Positions 13,532 to 25,300 of a stretch of DNA of 64,000 nucleotides are shown here, piece after piece. Made by a program: the position numbers and the translations under genes. Origin of the DNA: Lytechinus pictus. Its lineage: Eukaryota. The DNA lies in the NCBI RefSeq assembly GCF_037042905.1, contig NC_087245.1, positions 19,284,001 to 19,348,000 on the forward strand, written 5' to 3'. Within the stretch, counting starts at the first letter, position 1. Every line of letters starts with the position of its first letter. The notes beneath the pieces were generated by a model. That model searched no databases. It worked only from the letters and a program-made list of their open reading frames with translations, and had not been told where the DNA came from.

Positions 13532-15445
13532 TAGAATGGATGTAAAATAAAGACCTAATTATAAAGAAGTATTAATATGAATTCAAAAAGTACAACCCCC
13601 CGCAATTTCAGTAGCAAATTTGATCTCTGTTCAGAGAGGTGGTGTAACTCGGGTTTTGGAAGGTGAAAGGCAGTGAAAAATCAGATTTAGACTTCTTGGA
13701 CATATAGCCTACCTTACCTAACATGAATCTTTTTATTTTAGTTGGTTCAACTTGACATTTTAAGCGCCTGGTGTCTCGTTACATGCATGGAATAGCTGAA
13801 AAGCATTAAAAAATACGTGGGTATCGTACTTACTCTTCTTCTTAGGTTGAGAATGCCGACGCCATATAGGGATTTGCCAGTCGGAGCGATTCATATATCC
13901 GTTGAAACTTGAAATCTCGTGAGTAAAATTATTAGTAATGAACATGGAAAGAAAATTTCCATGTTCTCCTACATTGCGAGGAACAACAGGAAAACGGAAC
14001 GTGGGTGTGTCACTCTCACTGCATGGAGTTCCTTCCCATGCAACAAGACATGATATGCACTCAGTACCATAGGGATTCACTCAAGCTTGATCCATTCAAT
14101 TAACACCCGCCAAAGACAAAACCAGCGACTGGATGTTCTGAATAACACCCAGCGAGACATCCTGGAATGCGCTGTTATTGTTCATTGGAATTCTGGCTTA
14201 CATCTGACAGCTAGACAAGTGAATAAAAAATAAATTCATGAAATATACCAAAAGGTCTCAAAAGAACAAAAAGATATAATGAATTTCAACGCACACCTGG
14301 GTGTTTTATGGTGATGAAAAGGGATATTCGTAAAAAAAAAAGGAAATTGGCAGTAATTACTGAACTATCCCCTTGCCATTTCAGCCAAAATGATAAAATT
14401 GTCCTGAAATAATATTATACCAAAAGTCCTCCAAGTGGACAATCATAATGCATGTTACCACGGTAAGAAACTTGTTTGATTTTTACCCAAATTCCCGATC
14501 TAACCCCCTTGCATCCCCTCCCCCAAAACATGAGTTTTTTATGATTTACTGGAACAGGCTATTGAGTTTTTCAATTGGACAAATTATGATCGTAGTGGGT
14601 ATCATCACAATCACACCGAGGGATGTTTATGGTGATAAGGTGCACATTTGTTTGTCTAATGGACTAATATTCAGCAAATGTCCCTTGCTATTTTTCACCA
14701 AAAAACGTGACATTTTTTTGTGACTTCCTAAAATATACCACAAATTCCTTCAATTGGAGAAATAATGATCAGATTCTCAACACACATAGATATGTTCATG
14801 ATGATTAAATAGGAAAACGATTGAATTAAACACGTTTTTCCTTTCAACATGGAATGACTTCTCCACTTACTTTTGTTTGAAAATTGAAAGATGCTTATCA
14901 ATTAATAAATCTGAATCAACATCTTACAATGACAATGACAATTTTTTGATGACATTTATTGTGACAAAAATACGAACTCAAAAGGAACGGGTGAGGAACA
15001 ATTGTTTCAAATTTGATATAATTGACAGCTGTCTTTCAATTTTTTTTTTGGGGGGGGGGGTGAGGGAACGTCTATTTATTAACGATAAGTAATCGTTTGA
15101 GTGTCACCCTCTTCTATATGTTTATATATTTGCTATAACTTCTCTCAGTTTTCAACTTGCCCTTTCCCCTGGCCATCTAGTCCTCCCCACATTCCATCCA
15201 AATATTTGGATATACAAAATAATGGAACAAGCCCAAGTAAGTTGTGTCCTCCCTCTCGGTCTCACATTCTTTGTACCACTAATGTATTTCATTCATTCTC
15301 TCCTTCCTTTTCTTACTTCTCTCTCTTTGCTCCCCCTCTTTCCTCTTCCTCTCTTTCCCTCCCCTTTTTACTTAATTCAATCTATCAAAAGAAAGCAACT
15401 GAAATATGAGACAATACCAACAAATTCTAGAGATACAATTGCACA

Positions 15446-15451
15446 TTTATT
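15446..15451 (-). terminator. Candidate polyadenylation signal, implying a 3'UTR of about 2.6 kb
   Basis: AATAAA on the minus strand followed about 20 nt later by GT-rich TTTGTTGGTATTGTCT; other AATAAA copies lie closer to the stop. Confidence 0.4.
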
Positions 15452-18083
15452 CAACGGTAATTAAGGATGCTAAATTTCTTCTTGAAAAAAAAAATGGGTA
15501 CACGCGAAGCGTTGAGCAGATAGATATCAAAACATTGACACATTTGCCCCCAAATTTTGCATAATTACATGAGTTGCGTTTTCTGATTTGTTTCGCATTG
15601 TGATAATATAACATTCTGCATAGAAAAGTGCAATATAATGCCTGAAATTAATATATTAGTTTTCTATTTTTAGACCTTATTGATAAATGCTTTTGGCACT
15701 TGATATACAATCAATACATACAATAAATAAATAACAAAAACCTTTTAATGGAGTAATTACAGAACGGAAAAAGAAATAGATTCTGAAGGATTCATCCCTT
15801 CTATAGTCTCTTTCTACATTGATATTACAAACTATACATACTGCATAGGAGAGATAAAGAGCAAAAACAATCTGTTTTAAATCCATTTCATATTTCTAGT
15901 CAACGCCACTGCACGAGTACTACAAGTTGGAGGTAAAGCAAAGCTAGAAATGCAGTTTTAGAATTTGCAAGAGGGAAAAATAGAAAAGTAAAAGTATTGA
16001 ATAACAAGTACAAGGGTTATACTTGACAAAACGCATCTACAAAAATGATTTTACAAGCAAAGACCTATGAATAAGACAAAACTACAAATTAAAAAAAAAC
16101 ACATAAAAGGCACGCTTGGCTGGCCAAACGTTTAGCGAAAAAAAATCTTAAGCAACTTAAAATTTCTACAAGAAGCACTACAAGCAGTTCCAATGGTTTC
16201 TTTTTTTCTTCTAAAAAATACTATTACATTCTTTAAACTTTTCATTCAATTTCTTTTTCGTTGTCATCAATCGTGTAAAATATCATGAGTGAAGGTTGAA
16301 TGTTCGGTTGATTAACCTGTTTTGTGAAAGAGAAATAAGCCAAACATTCAACTTTACATCAAAATATGTATTCCAAGTGAGTGCAAGGACATGTTTTGAT
16401 GTTTCTCTATCAAATAACCACCACAATTATTTGATTCTGAAAACAATATCAAGACAGATGCCCCAAATGTGTGTTATCAAAATCCAAATGAACAATTGAT
16501 GTATAATTTCCACCACATCGCAAACGGAATTCATGTGTCCACCACAGTCACATAATTCCAGTTTATTTTTTATCATAAATGTTCATTGGAATTTAGATAA
16601 CACATATGCAGATTATGCCTCTTGCAGTCACTTGGAAATTACTCATAAAAAGTAAACTCTTAGTCATCTCATACCAATGACAACTGGGTTAGGTCTCATA
16701 AAGCTGATCGTAAGTTATGCATGATTTTACGCTCAGCTGGAACATGTCTTTAAGAGCCTAGATAGCTACAAAGGAGTATATCATTAGCTCAAGAACATGT
16801 TACTAGTTGGGCGTAAAGTCATGAATAACTTATAAACAGCTTCATGAAACAGTCCCATGGATTTTACTTAGGTTCAACTTTTAAAAAGTTTGATTTCTTC
16901 TCTGAACTTGAAACCAAATCTGATTCCATACAAGACTTGACTATTCATTCAAAATAGTCACAACTCTGTCATTCACCAGCATAAAAAATTGCATATAGTC
17001 CTGGATTCGCGATAAAAAAGGTGGTATATTCGGAAAGAAAATTTCTTTCAATATATAGCACCAAAAAGGCACGTTTTCTTTGCATGATACTGCTTCTTAC
17101 AAAATGGAAGACTTATTTCACATATAGTCACATGACTTTAGTCACCCGACTTGAATTGTCATATAGCTCTCATATCATTTTTGTCATCAAGACATAAATA
17201 CAGACTTATGGTTTATAAAGGAACATTGATGATTGAATCATCAAGTATCTTTATACATCATATTGAGTATCAAGTACTTTCCATTTTTGTTCCTATCTGG
17301 GTCTTCCTCTTTATATCATATACAATTATCGACAGACTTTATTCCAGCTGAAAAAAAACATGAGCTTTACAAAAAACTCATCTAACACCGACCTTAGGAA
17401 GGAGAACAAAAATAAGCGGAATTATTTACATCCATGTCGGTTACAAATCATCATCACCCGCAGGTAAAGTGGCGTGATTCATGATAAATATGACATTACA
17501 TGACCATCTTGCTGACATTAATTAATGTGCAATTTGAGTTGCTTTGAAGTTTTTTACTTAGTTACGCTTGATTTATATAAAAGTTGTTACATTCTCCCAG
17601 TTTGAAAATGTTGGTCTTTGTTTTGCTTGATGATGTAGCAAAAGCAACTTAACATCATACGTACGCATTGTTCATAACAATGATAGGTAATCTTCTACAT
17701 GTAGCTTTGTACACTTAAGTTTCTATATTGACTTCTTAGAATACAAAGTCACCATGTAATATTTTATCAATGTATTACTAGATTTTCTTTGTCCGGCACC
17801 ATCATTTCCAACGTCAAGCAGGAGAATTCTCAGATTTATTTGTGAAGTAAAACATTCCAAAATAGAGATTTATTATGTACATATCAAAGAATCATACAGG
17901 TATGAAAGAAATCATAATTTATCTAAAATCATGCAGTGCTAGGAGAAAGAAATTGAGAATTATCTTACAAGTTTTTTTAAATATCATTTTTGGAAGGTTT
18001 TAGAATTTTTATTTTTGAATTTTCGGATGAATTTTTAGTAAAAGTGAAGTAGAAGGCTACACTAAATCTACAAGAATTATACT

Positions 18084-18271
18084 CTACTTTGAGAATTTGG
18101 CCATCCGGTCAGCCAATGAACTGCCTCCTTTTTTAGGGGGAGGGGCTACTGATGGTTTAGGAGCGGCTGATGGTTTAGGGGTGGGGCCTTTTCCTGCTTG
18201 ATCTTTGCTGGGCGCACTGTCCTTCACAACTGGCGGTTTGTCGGTGCTAGAGGACGGTTCTGGCGGGGACT
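18084..18271 (-). CDS. Terminal coding exon: Pro/Lys/Ser-rich tail
   Basis: SPPEPSSSTDKPPVVKDSAPSKDQAGKGPTPKPSAAPKPSVAPPPKKGGSSLADRMAKFSK*; TTTTTCTTCCAG acceptor in phase 1. Confidence 0.82.
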
Positions 18272-19140
18272 CTGGAAGAAAAATTAAATGAACGAGGTTG
18301 AAAAGACGGTTCCATCTACTCTAAGGACATATGCTTGTGAGTGACGCCCGCTGCCAATAGCCAATATTGGACAATCATTAGTGATTTTGGCACATTAAAA
18401 CCATCATGTTTTTCCATAAATGGGTGATTTCAAGTCCGTTGTTAGCGTTGGTGTTGGAATTTGGATTGCTTCCCCTAGCTACAAAACCTATTCTGAATTT
18501 GTAAAACTGATCTAGATCACACTATTGACACCTCAACAACTAGTGAGTGACTGTTCAAGACCATCTTCATTTTATGTTTGGTGGTATACTCGTGTAAAAA
18601 TTGACCTAACACCAACACCAAAAGGTCAACATTGAACTTGAAATCACCCAATGTTAAGGAACAGTTTGCCAAACAACATCTTCACCAAGCAACATAGGGA
18701 TGTTGCCAGAAACTGTTGCATAATTGATTGTAAAATTCAGTTACAAATTGAATTGAATTATATCAAGTGATTCATACCTAGTCAGATTGTATGACATTTG
18801 TTATTTCAAGTACTGCGATGGCACTCACTAAGCTCAACCACTTAACCCGTAATAAAATTGATAGATGATTGCCAATACATTTACTATGGATCCTATAGTC
18901 TATAAGATTGGCTTTACAATTATACAATTCTGGAAACTCCACACATTTCGAGCATAAAGCCTTACATATGGGGTACTAGGTTTTAATAGCAGTTTCACCT
19001 TCCTCAACGCTTTGGTGATATCTCTTTGATGATATTGGTTAGATATTTATATTATCTGCATAATATTACATAAAATGTATTCAAAATTGGCAGAGCGACA
19101 CAGGTAGCATTTAGCATGTACTTGCATTATAAATCACGAG

Positions 19141-19172
<32 letters not shown>

Positions 19173-19266
19173 AAAGAAATGGATGAAGAGAACAATGGTA
19201 GGCGTTCTCTTCATCCATTTCTTTACAATATTTAAATAAAAAGAGTTGCCAAAGCTGTTGTACATG

Positions 19267-19312
<46 letters not shown>

Positions 19313-22300
19313 TATATATATAGTGCATACAAAAAAGTCCAAATAAAAGTTATTCTTAACTACAAACATAATCTTTTGTTCATAAAGGGATTAAGGGACT
19401 ATTGGGAACTTGGTTGGGGTCTCCATACTAGTAAGAACACAATGTGAACGCATAGCGACTATGTGAAAATTTTCCAATTAATTGTAGTGGCTTAATTTCA
19501 ATGGAACATTCTTATGAAGCCATTATGTGTTCATAGTGTGTAACATCATGATTTTTTCTGTATACCTACTAGGGTACTGAATAAGCATTCTTTGGAATAC
19601 AAAAAAGAGGGAACAAATTTCTACACTCATCTTAAAAAGAATAATAGGGTAAAAATATCAACCAATATTTGCAAAGCAGGCTATTTTTTTCTCTTCTTCT
19701 TAAACTGTACCACACAGGAAATTTATCATAGTTAGGTACGGAATTGTCATTGAAAACTCAAATAATGAATATCAATAAAATAAACCTGTATGATGTAGTA
19801 AGGCTGGAAATGGAAGATGCAATATGACATAATGTGATAATAAAGCAATGCTGGGGAATAATAAAAAAATTAAAGTAAATAAATGTGCTCATGTGGTCAA
19901 AGTATTGGAGGTCATTTGCAAAGGTCATCATTTAGGGGAACCCCATCACAGACAGTGCAAAAGAACACTAGTAATTGGCTGCTTCTTAAGGGCCGTCTGC
20001 ACCATCCCGAGTTTTCAAATTAGCGCGCTATTTCTGATCCGGCAAATTATCCCGATCTGAAAAATCTCGAGATAGTTGGCGGTGCAGACGCAATTATCGC
20101 GCTAGTTCGTAGGATTAATCTCGAGATTGCAATCCCAAGTCAACTCGGGTTTATTTGCAAAATAGCGCGCTATTTTACGAATTATCCCGCTAATTCGTCG
20201 GTGCAGACGCACTCGAGATTGGACTCGGGGTAATTTATTCATGACGTCAGTCCATAATGCAATTCGCGTTCCACTTCCGCCTTGGTCAAAACATAAACAC
20301 GTGCGGAAGTCAACTTTATACATGCGAATAGCGTTCATAAGCAACGATGGTGTCCCACCAGTGAATGGATTTTGGGAGAGACCAGACCGAAGGGGGAGGC
20401 GCTCATCGACGATGGTCATATTCAATAACAACACTGACAGCAGTGTTGTCTTCCTTCGCAAAATGTGAGCAAATAGCATTTCTTTCCTCCTTTTCTCCCC
20501 CTCTCTCTCTCTGTCGTTGCCTCCTACTCCGCCATCATATTTAACGAAGAATACATCACTTCTTCACTCGCTGAGCTGAGAGGATTGTTGCATAACACCG
20601 GTTGAATTCGGCGAAAGTGCTAGTGAAAGGAGTACATTGCTTGCATATCGCGGGAAGTTATTCAAAAGCGCGGGCCGTTGAAACTCCAAGATCCGAAAGT
20701 GCGCATGCTCGTAATATCGGGCTTGTTGCCTCGCTCGAGCAGGAATCGCTCTTCGTGGGATGGTGCAGACGGGGTTTCTTGAATCTCGAGATTAATCGCG
20801 AAGAGGGCTGATCGGGCTAAAATCTCGAGATTGAGCAAACTCGGGATGGTGCAGCACCGCCTTTAGTGACTTTAATGTCTTAAAACATCTCCAACAAACT
20901 TTCTGGCCAATGGCATATTATCCGTAGTCAAAGATTCTGAACTCATTTCGTTGTACATGTATTCAAAAGGTTTATTAGATAATCAACTTATGAGCAATTC
21001 CACAAAGTTTGTACATCTGCCCTCTGTGTACAGGACCTTCGAATGAAAAAGTGTAATGCTCTTAAATTTTCATGGCTTGAGTGTTTTATGAAGCGAAGTG
21101 AAAATTGAGAAAAGTGGATGTCGGACGTACAAAGAAAGTTGATTATTCTATTGCCTTTACATAAGTATTAATGTGGAGCAATAGACTATAGCTATCAACT
21201 ACTTGAGGAGTATGTGCCGGTCATCCATTGAATACTAAAGAGATTCAAGATATCTTCCACAAATTCAATCAGTTATTAATTTGTTTCACAACTTGTCCTC
21301 TTGTGACACCTAACTCCTTTATGAATATATGTAAATAAAGAAAAAAAAATAAGGTGTTAATAGGAATTGCTACATGCAAAAACATAGTGCAGTGCAGTAT
21401 GAACAAATGTGAAAATAAGCAATGAAAATGTGGAATAAAATAAAAATACTTTTGCTGTCGTCACATCCGTGGAACTGACTCCAGAATGACAAAACATATC
21501 AGTTTGCTAACTATGACAGACCATTGGTCAGTTTTGAGTCAGTTTTCACTGATGTGACGGTAGCATTACGAAAAATGATGGGAATGGTGTTAAAGAATGG
21601 ACTAAATATGGGAGGTAGGTATGACGATTTAGCAATGAAAATGCAGGATTGGTAAATGTCTAGCTAAGCAAAGCGACCAACATACCTTGTATTAGGATTC
21701 TGTACAAAATTAATCTGTATCAAAATAATGCCACAAATATATACAAAAATGAAAATTGCAGGATGATTTTCTAATATATTCTCTCCTTTTTTTTGAAATC
21801 GGCTAATTTGATTTGAGTTACAGAAAAGTGGTTTGGCCGACAAATATTTTTAACGTGGTTGTTTTCAAATAAATGACTTAAATATCATGTAATGTTTAAA
21901 CAACAAATGGTTCCAAATATAGTCATTAATTTAAAGTAAATTTTAGGTAAATATCGGCAAAATGCCATGTGTTCCGAACTCCAATTAGTTTTGTTACATG
22001 CACCAAATTAAATAAGTGATAATCCAGAATTGCATATTTCGATAGAGAGATACACCTTATCAGTTTACCATTCTTAAAAGATGTTTTATAGATTAATATG
22101 TGCAACTTTCTATACATCTACGTATATAATAATTTGCATTGATGCAAAGCGTACTGGAAGACCAGACGATAGTTCCAGTTTATCTTCCATTTAATTCATG
22201 CTGCTTTTCTAAATCTATCAGTGCAAAGCGAGAGCAAGAAAAATGTCTAAGCTCTTTCATCTACCTGACTCTGTTATAACGGCGGGATCTGAGATTTGAG

Positions 22301-25300
22301 TTGGAGGGGACCAGCCGGCTTCGTTTTCAGCCGAGACACGGTAAACGTACTGAACGCCGGTTTTTACGCCCTTGACTTCAAAGGACGTTTTACCAACATT
22401 GCCGACTTCAGTCCAAGCTGTTTCGCCAGCTTTGCGGGCATCAACCTAGCAACAGAATGATGGGGAAGGAATGAAAGGAAGTGGGGGGTGATTATAGCAT
22501 GCTACGAGACAGGTTACATCACTGATGTTATCATTTCTGTAACGAACTTTAAAACCTAAACATTTATCCTTCTGTATAAAAATTATAACATAGGACAAAC
22601 AATTTGTTGATTATTAACAATATTGTTATTTACATCAAGGAAAAACGACATGTAAAAGACAAAATTCAAGAAGGACCCTTATGATTGTGAAGAAAGGGAA
22701 AAGCATCCATATCATATGTTCAAAACGATGACAAAGATGGTAGTTTTATATGACAGAATAGACAGACATGAAATTAAAATCCAAATTAATTTGACTGTTT
22801 TCTTTTTTAATATGAACATTACAGAATCAAATGGAAAATGATAGTGATTGGAGACACTGCATTATCCTGATTACTTGTCATACTTATGGTAAAAGAAAAT
22901 TAATTCAGTTAATTATATTTTTAATACCCACCTTGTAGTTATAAATGGGACTTCCCCCATCTTCTGCTGGTGTTTCCCACGTGATCTTGAAAGAGGACTT
23001 GGACGCTTGTTCCACTTTAGGTTTACCAGCAGGTGCCTTGGGAACGACCACTTTAGCTGTAAAGATATATAATTATGACAGTTTATGATGATCAATGTAC
23101 CACATGAAACATAGTTGTGTTTTAATGGGGGAATAAACCAGTGGTGTGTTGGCTCAGTTGGTAGAGCGTCTGTCTCACAACCAGGAGGTCGGGTGTTCAA
23201 ACCCCGGCCGGGTCAGACCAAAAGACGTTAGAAGATAAAAGTTGCTGCTACCTTGTTTGGCTTCAACAATTTAAGGGATTGAGCCTTGTCGATCTGGCAC
23301 TGCACAGCGGCTGCCGGGCCCAGCAAATTTTCAGAGTATTTTATTTTCATGTCTATTTCGAACAATAAAATATGGATTTTCTTTTCATTTTCATAATCTT
23401 GGTCTTGATTCATTGAGTTTTATAAATAGCATGGTTTAAGCTAAGGACTGCGATATAATTTGAAATTTTCAAATGCTACCAAATTCTTTTTAGATAGGAC
23501 CCTGGAGATAGAATCCATGACATTTGTTCATGCCAAATCTGCACTTGACGCCAAATATGAAACCTAATATCAAACCCTAACAATGCATATTCAGAGAAAT
23601 AAAAGCAAGAGCGATTGACACAGGAGCAAATTTCAGTCATCTAGTACTGACCTGCAACCATGAGTTCTCCTGATGTTGCAGCCGTTCCTGAAGAGTTGGT
23701 TGCCTCACAGCGGTAGATACCAGAGTCCTCGGGGAAAGCCTCAGAGATGGTGAGACAGCAGGTACCATTGTTGTCAGTTGTGATAACCACAAACTTGTCT
23801 GACTCAATTTCCTTGTTGTGGACGAACCACTTGACTGTTGGCAAGGGAACACCTTGGACATGGCATTCAAGGACGACTTTGTCCTCTTCCCAGGCGACCT
23901 GAAAGGTTTTTAAACAAGTTTGTGGAGGTCATTAGTATATTTGTTTATCAAGATAAAGTTTGACATTCACAGTAGCATCATTATGACCGACACCACTATG
24001 ATACAGCATTCATTGTTTGAATCCCCCCCAAAAAAAAAATAATTAAATCTTCTTTTAGTAGAATAAAAGCCTTTAGTTGGTTTATCCAGCAATTGTCAAT
24101 TTTAATACCATATGGTTATTTTGTAAACCCTGTTAACTGAACGTTGAACTTGATTTCTTTTATATTTCATGTCCACACAATTATTACATTTTGTTTTTAT
24201 TTTTTAGAAACACAATTGTGTTCCACTTTTCAATTTAATGAACAAATCAATTATTTAAACACTAAATTACAGACCTCTTCTTGAAGACCTCTGATGAACT
24301 TTGGTGGACTTCCTTCTTGTGAATCGGTGTCTGATCCAGAAACACCCGGAGTTGATTCACTGAAAATAAACATTAAAAAACAGAAAAATATGTGATTTCT
24401 TGAATGAAACAATGCTGAAAATAAGATACATCCTTGCAAATGATCTTTCCTCTTAAAGTATAGCTATTCACCCTAACGTATTATTGATCTTCTCATATCA
24501 AATCTTTCATTTCAGTCGTAATCCTTACAACTCTGGAGAATAGTTGGTGCTCTAAAGTACCAAAAAAATCATTGTTGAATCATGTGGTAAGGTGAAAGAC
24601 GATGACAACTTTAAAAAATAACAGTATTTAGCTGACGATTCTACATTTGTTTGAATTTTATACTTCATACCTAATTACATTTAATAAAAAGATATTTGTT
24701 CCTTTCATATGAAAATCAATGAAAACAAGTGAGAGTTGTGTTGCTTTGGTGAAATACAACTAAATGACTTATAGCACACCAAAATCTTGTGTTAACGGAT
24801 ATCTGTAAGCACTAAAACTAGTGCAGTTTGTATCTACACAAACAATTAATCTACTGAGATATGAGTGCTAACCCGTCTTTAGGTCCCTTGCCAGCAGAGC
24901 CTTGAGGTGCGGTTGAAGATGAAGGTTCACCAGAAGGTGCAGAAGCTGACTTAGTGGACTCAGCAGAATCTCGTGCTGCAGCACTACTGTGCGTTGTGCA
25001 AAGAGTGAAAGTGAGAAATACAAGCTAATAGCTTAAGATACTGAGCAGCAGGTGCGTGGCATTATAATCACATTAATATTGTACAGATGTAATTTATCGC
25101 TTTTAATAGGAATACATGTGTAAATTAGTAACTTTGTTTTCCCTGTATTAAGTATTCAAATAAAGAAGACATTACTAAAGGTAGACAGCAATAAAAATGT
25201 ATGTAGAATACAAAAGGAATTGCAGTGATACCAATTGCTAAAGAATTACAATAAAAGAATCCCACAAAAACAAAAGAAAGTCAGTGATTGCCTAGTGTTT

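Noticed and set aside
824..17351. Numerous 60-105 aa ORFs in the downstream region
   Set aside because: AT-rich or repeat-derived, with no domain motifs or coherent exon chain
19111..19332. YIYIYI ORFs
   Set aside because: Translation artefacts of (TA)n microsatellites
20102..20811. Intact protein-coding ORFs in the last intron
   Set aside because: They lie within the deleted Harbinger element; only a frameshifted transposase trace is present
23143..23215. Functional tRNA-Val gene
   Set aside because: Imperfect stems, no T-run terminator after the head, and direct continuation into a SINE-like body and tail
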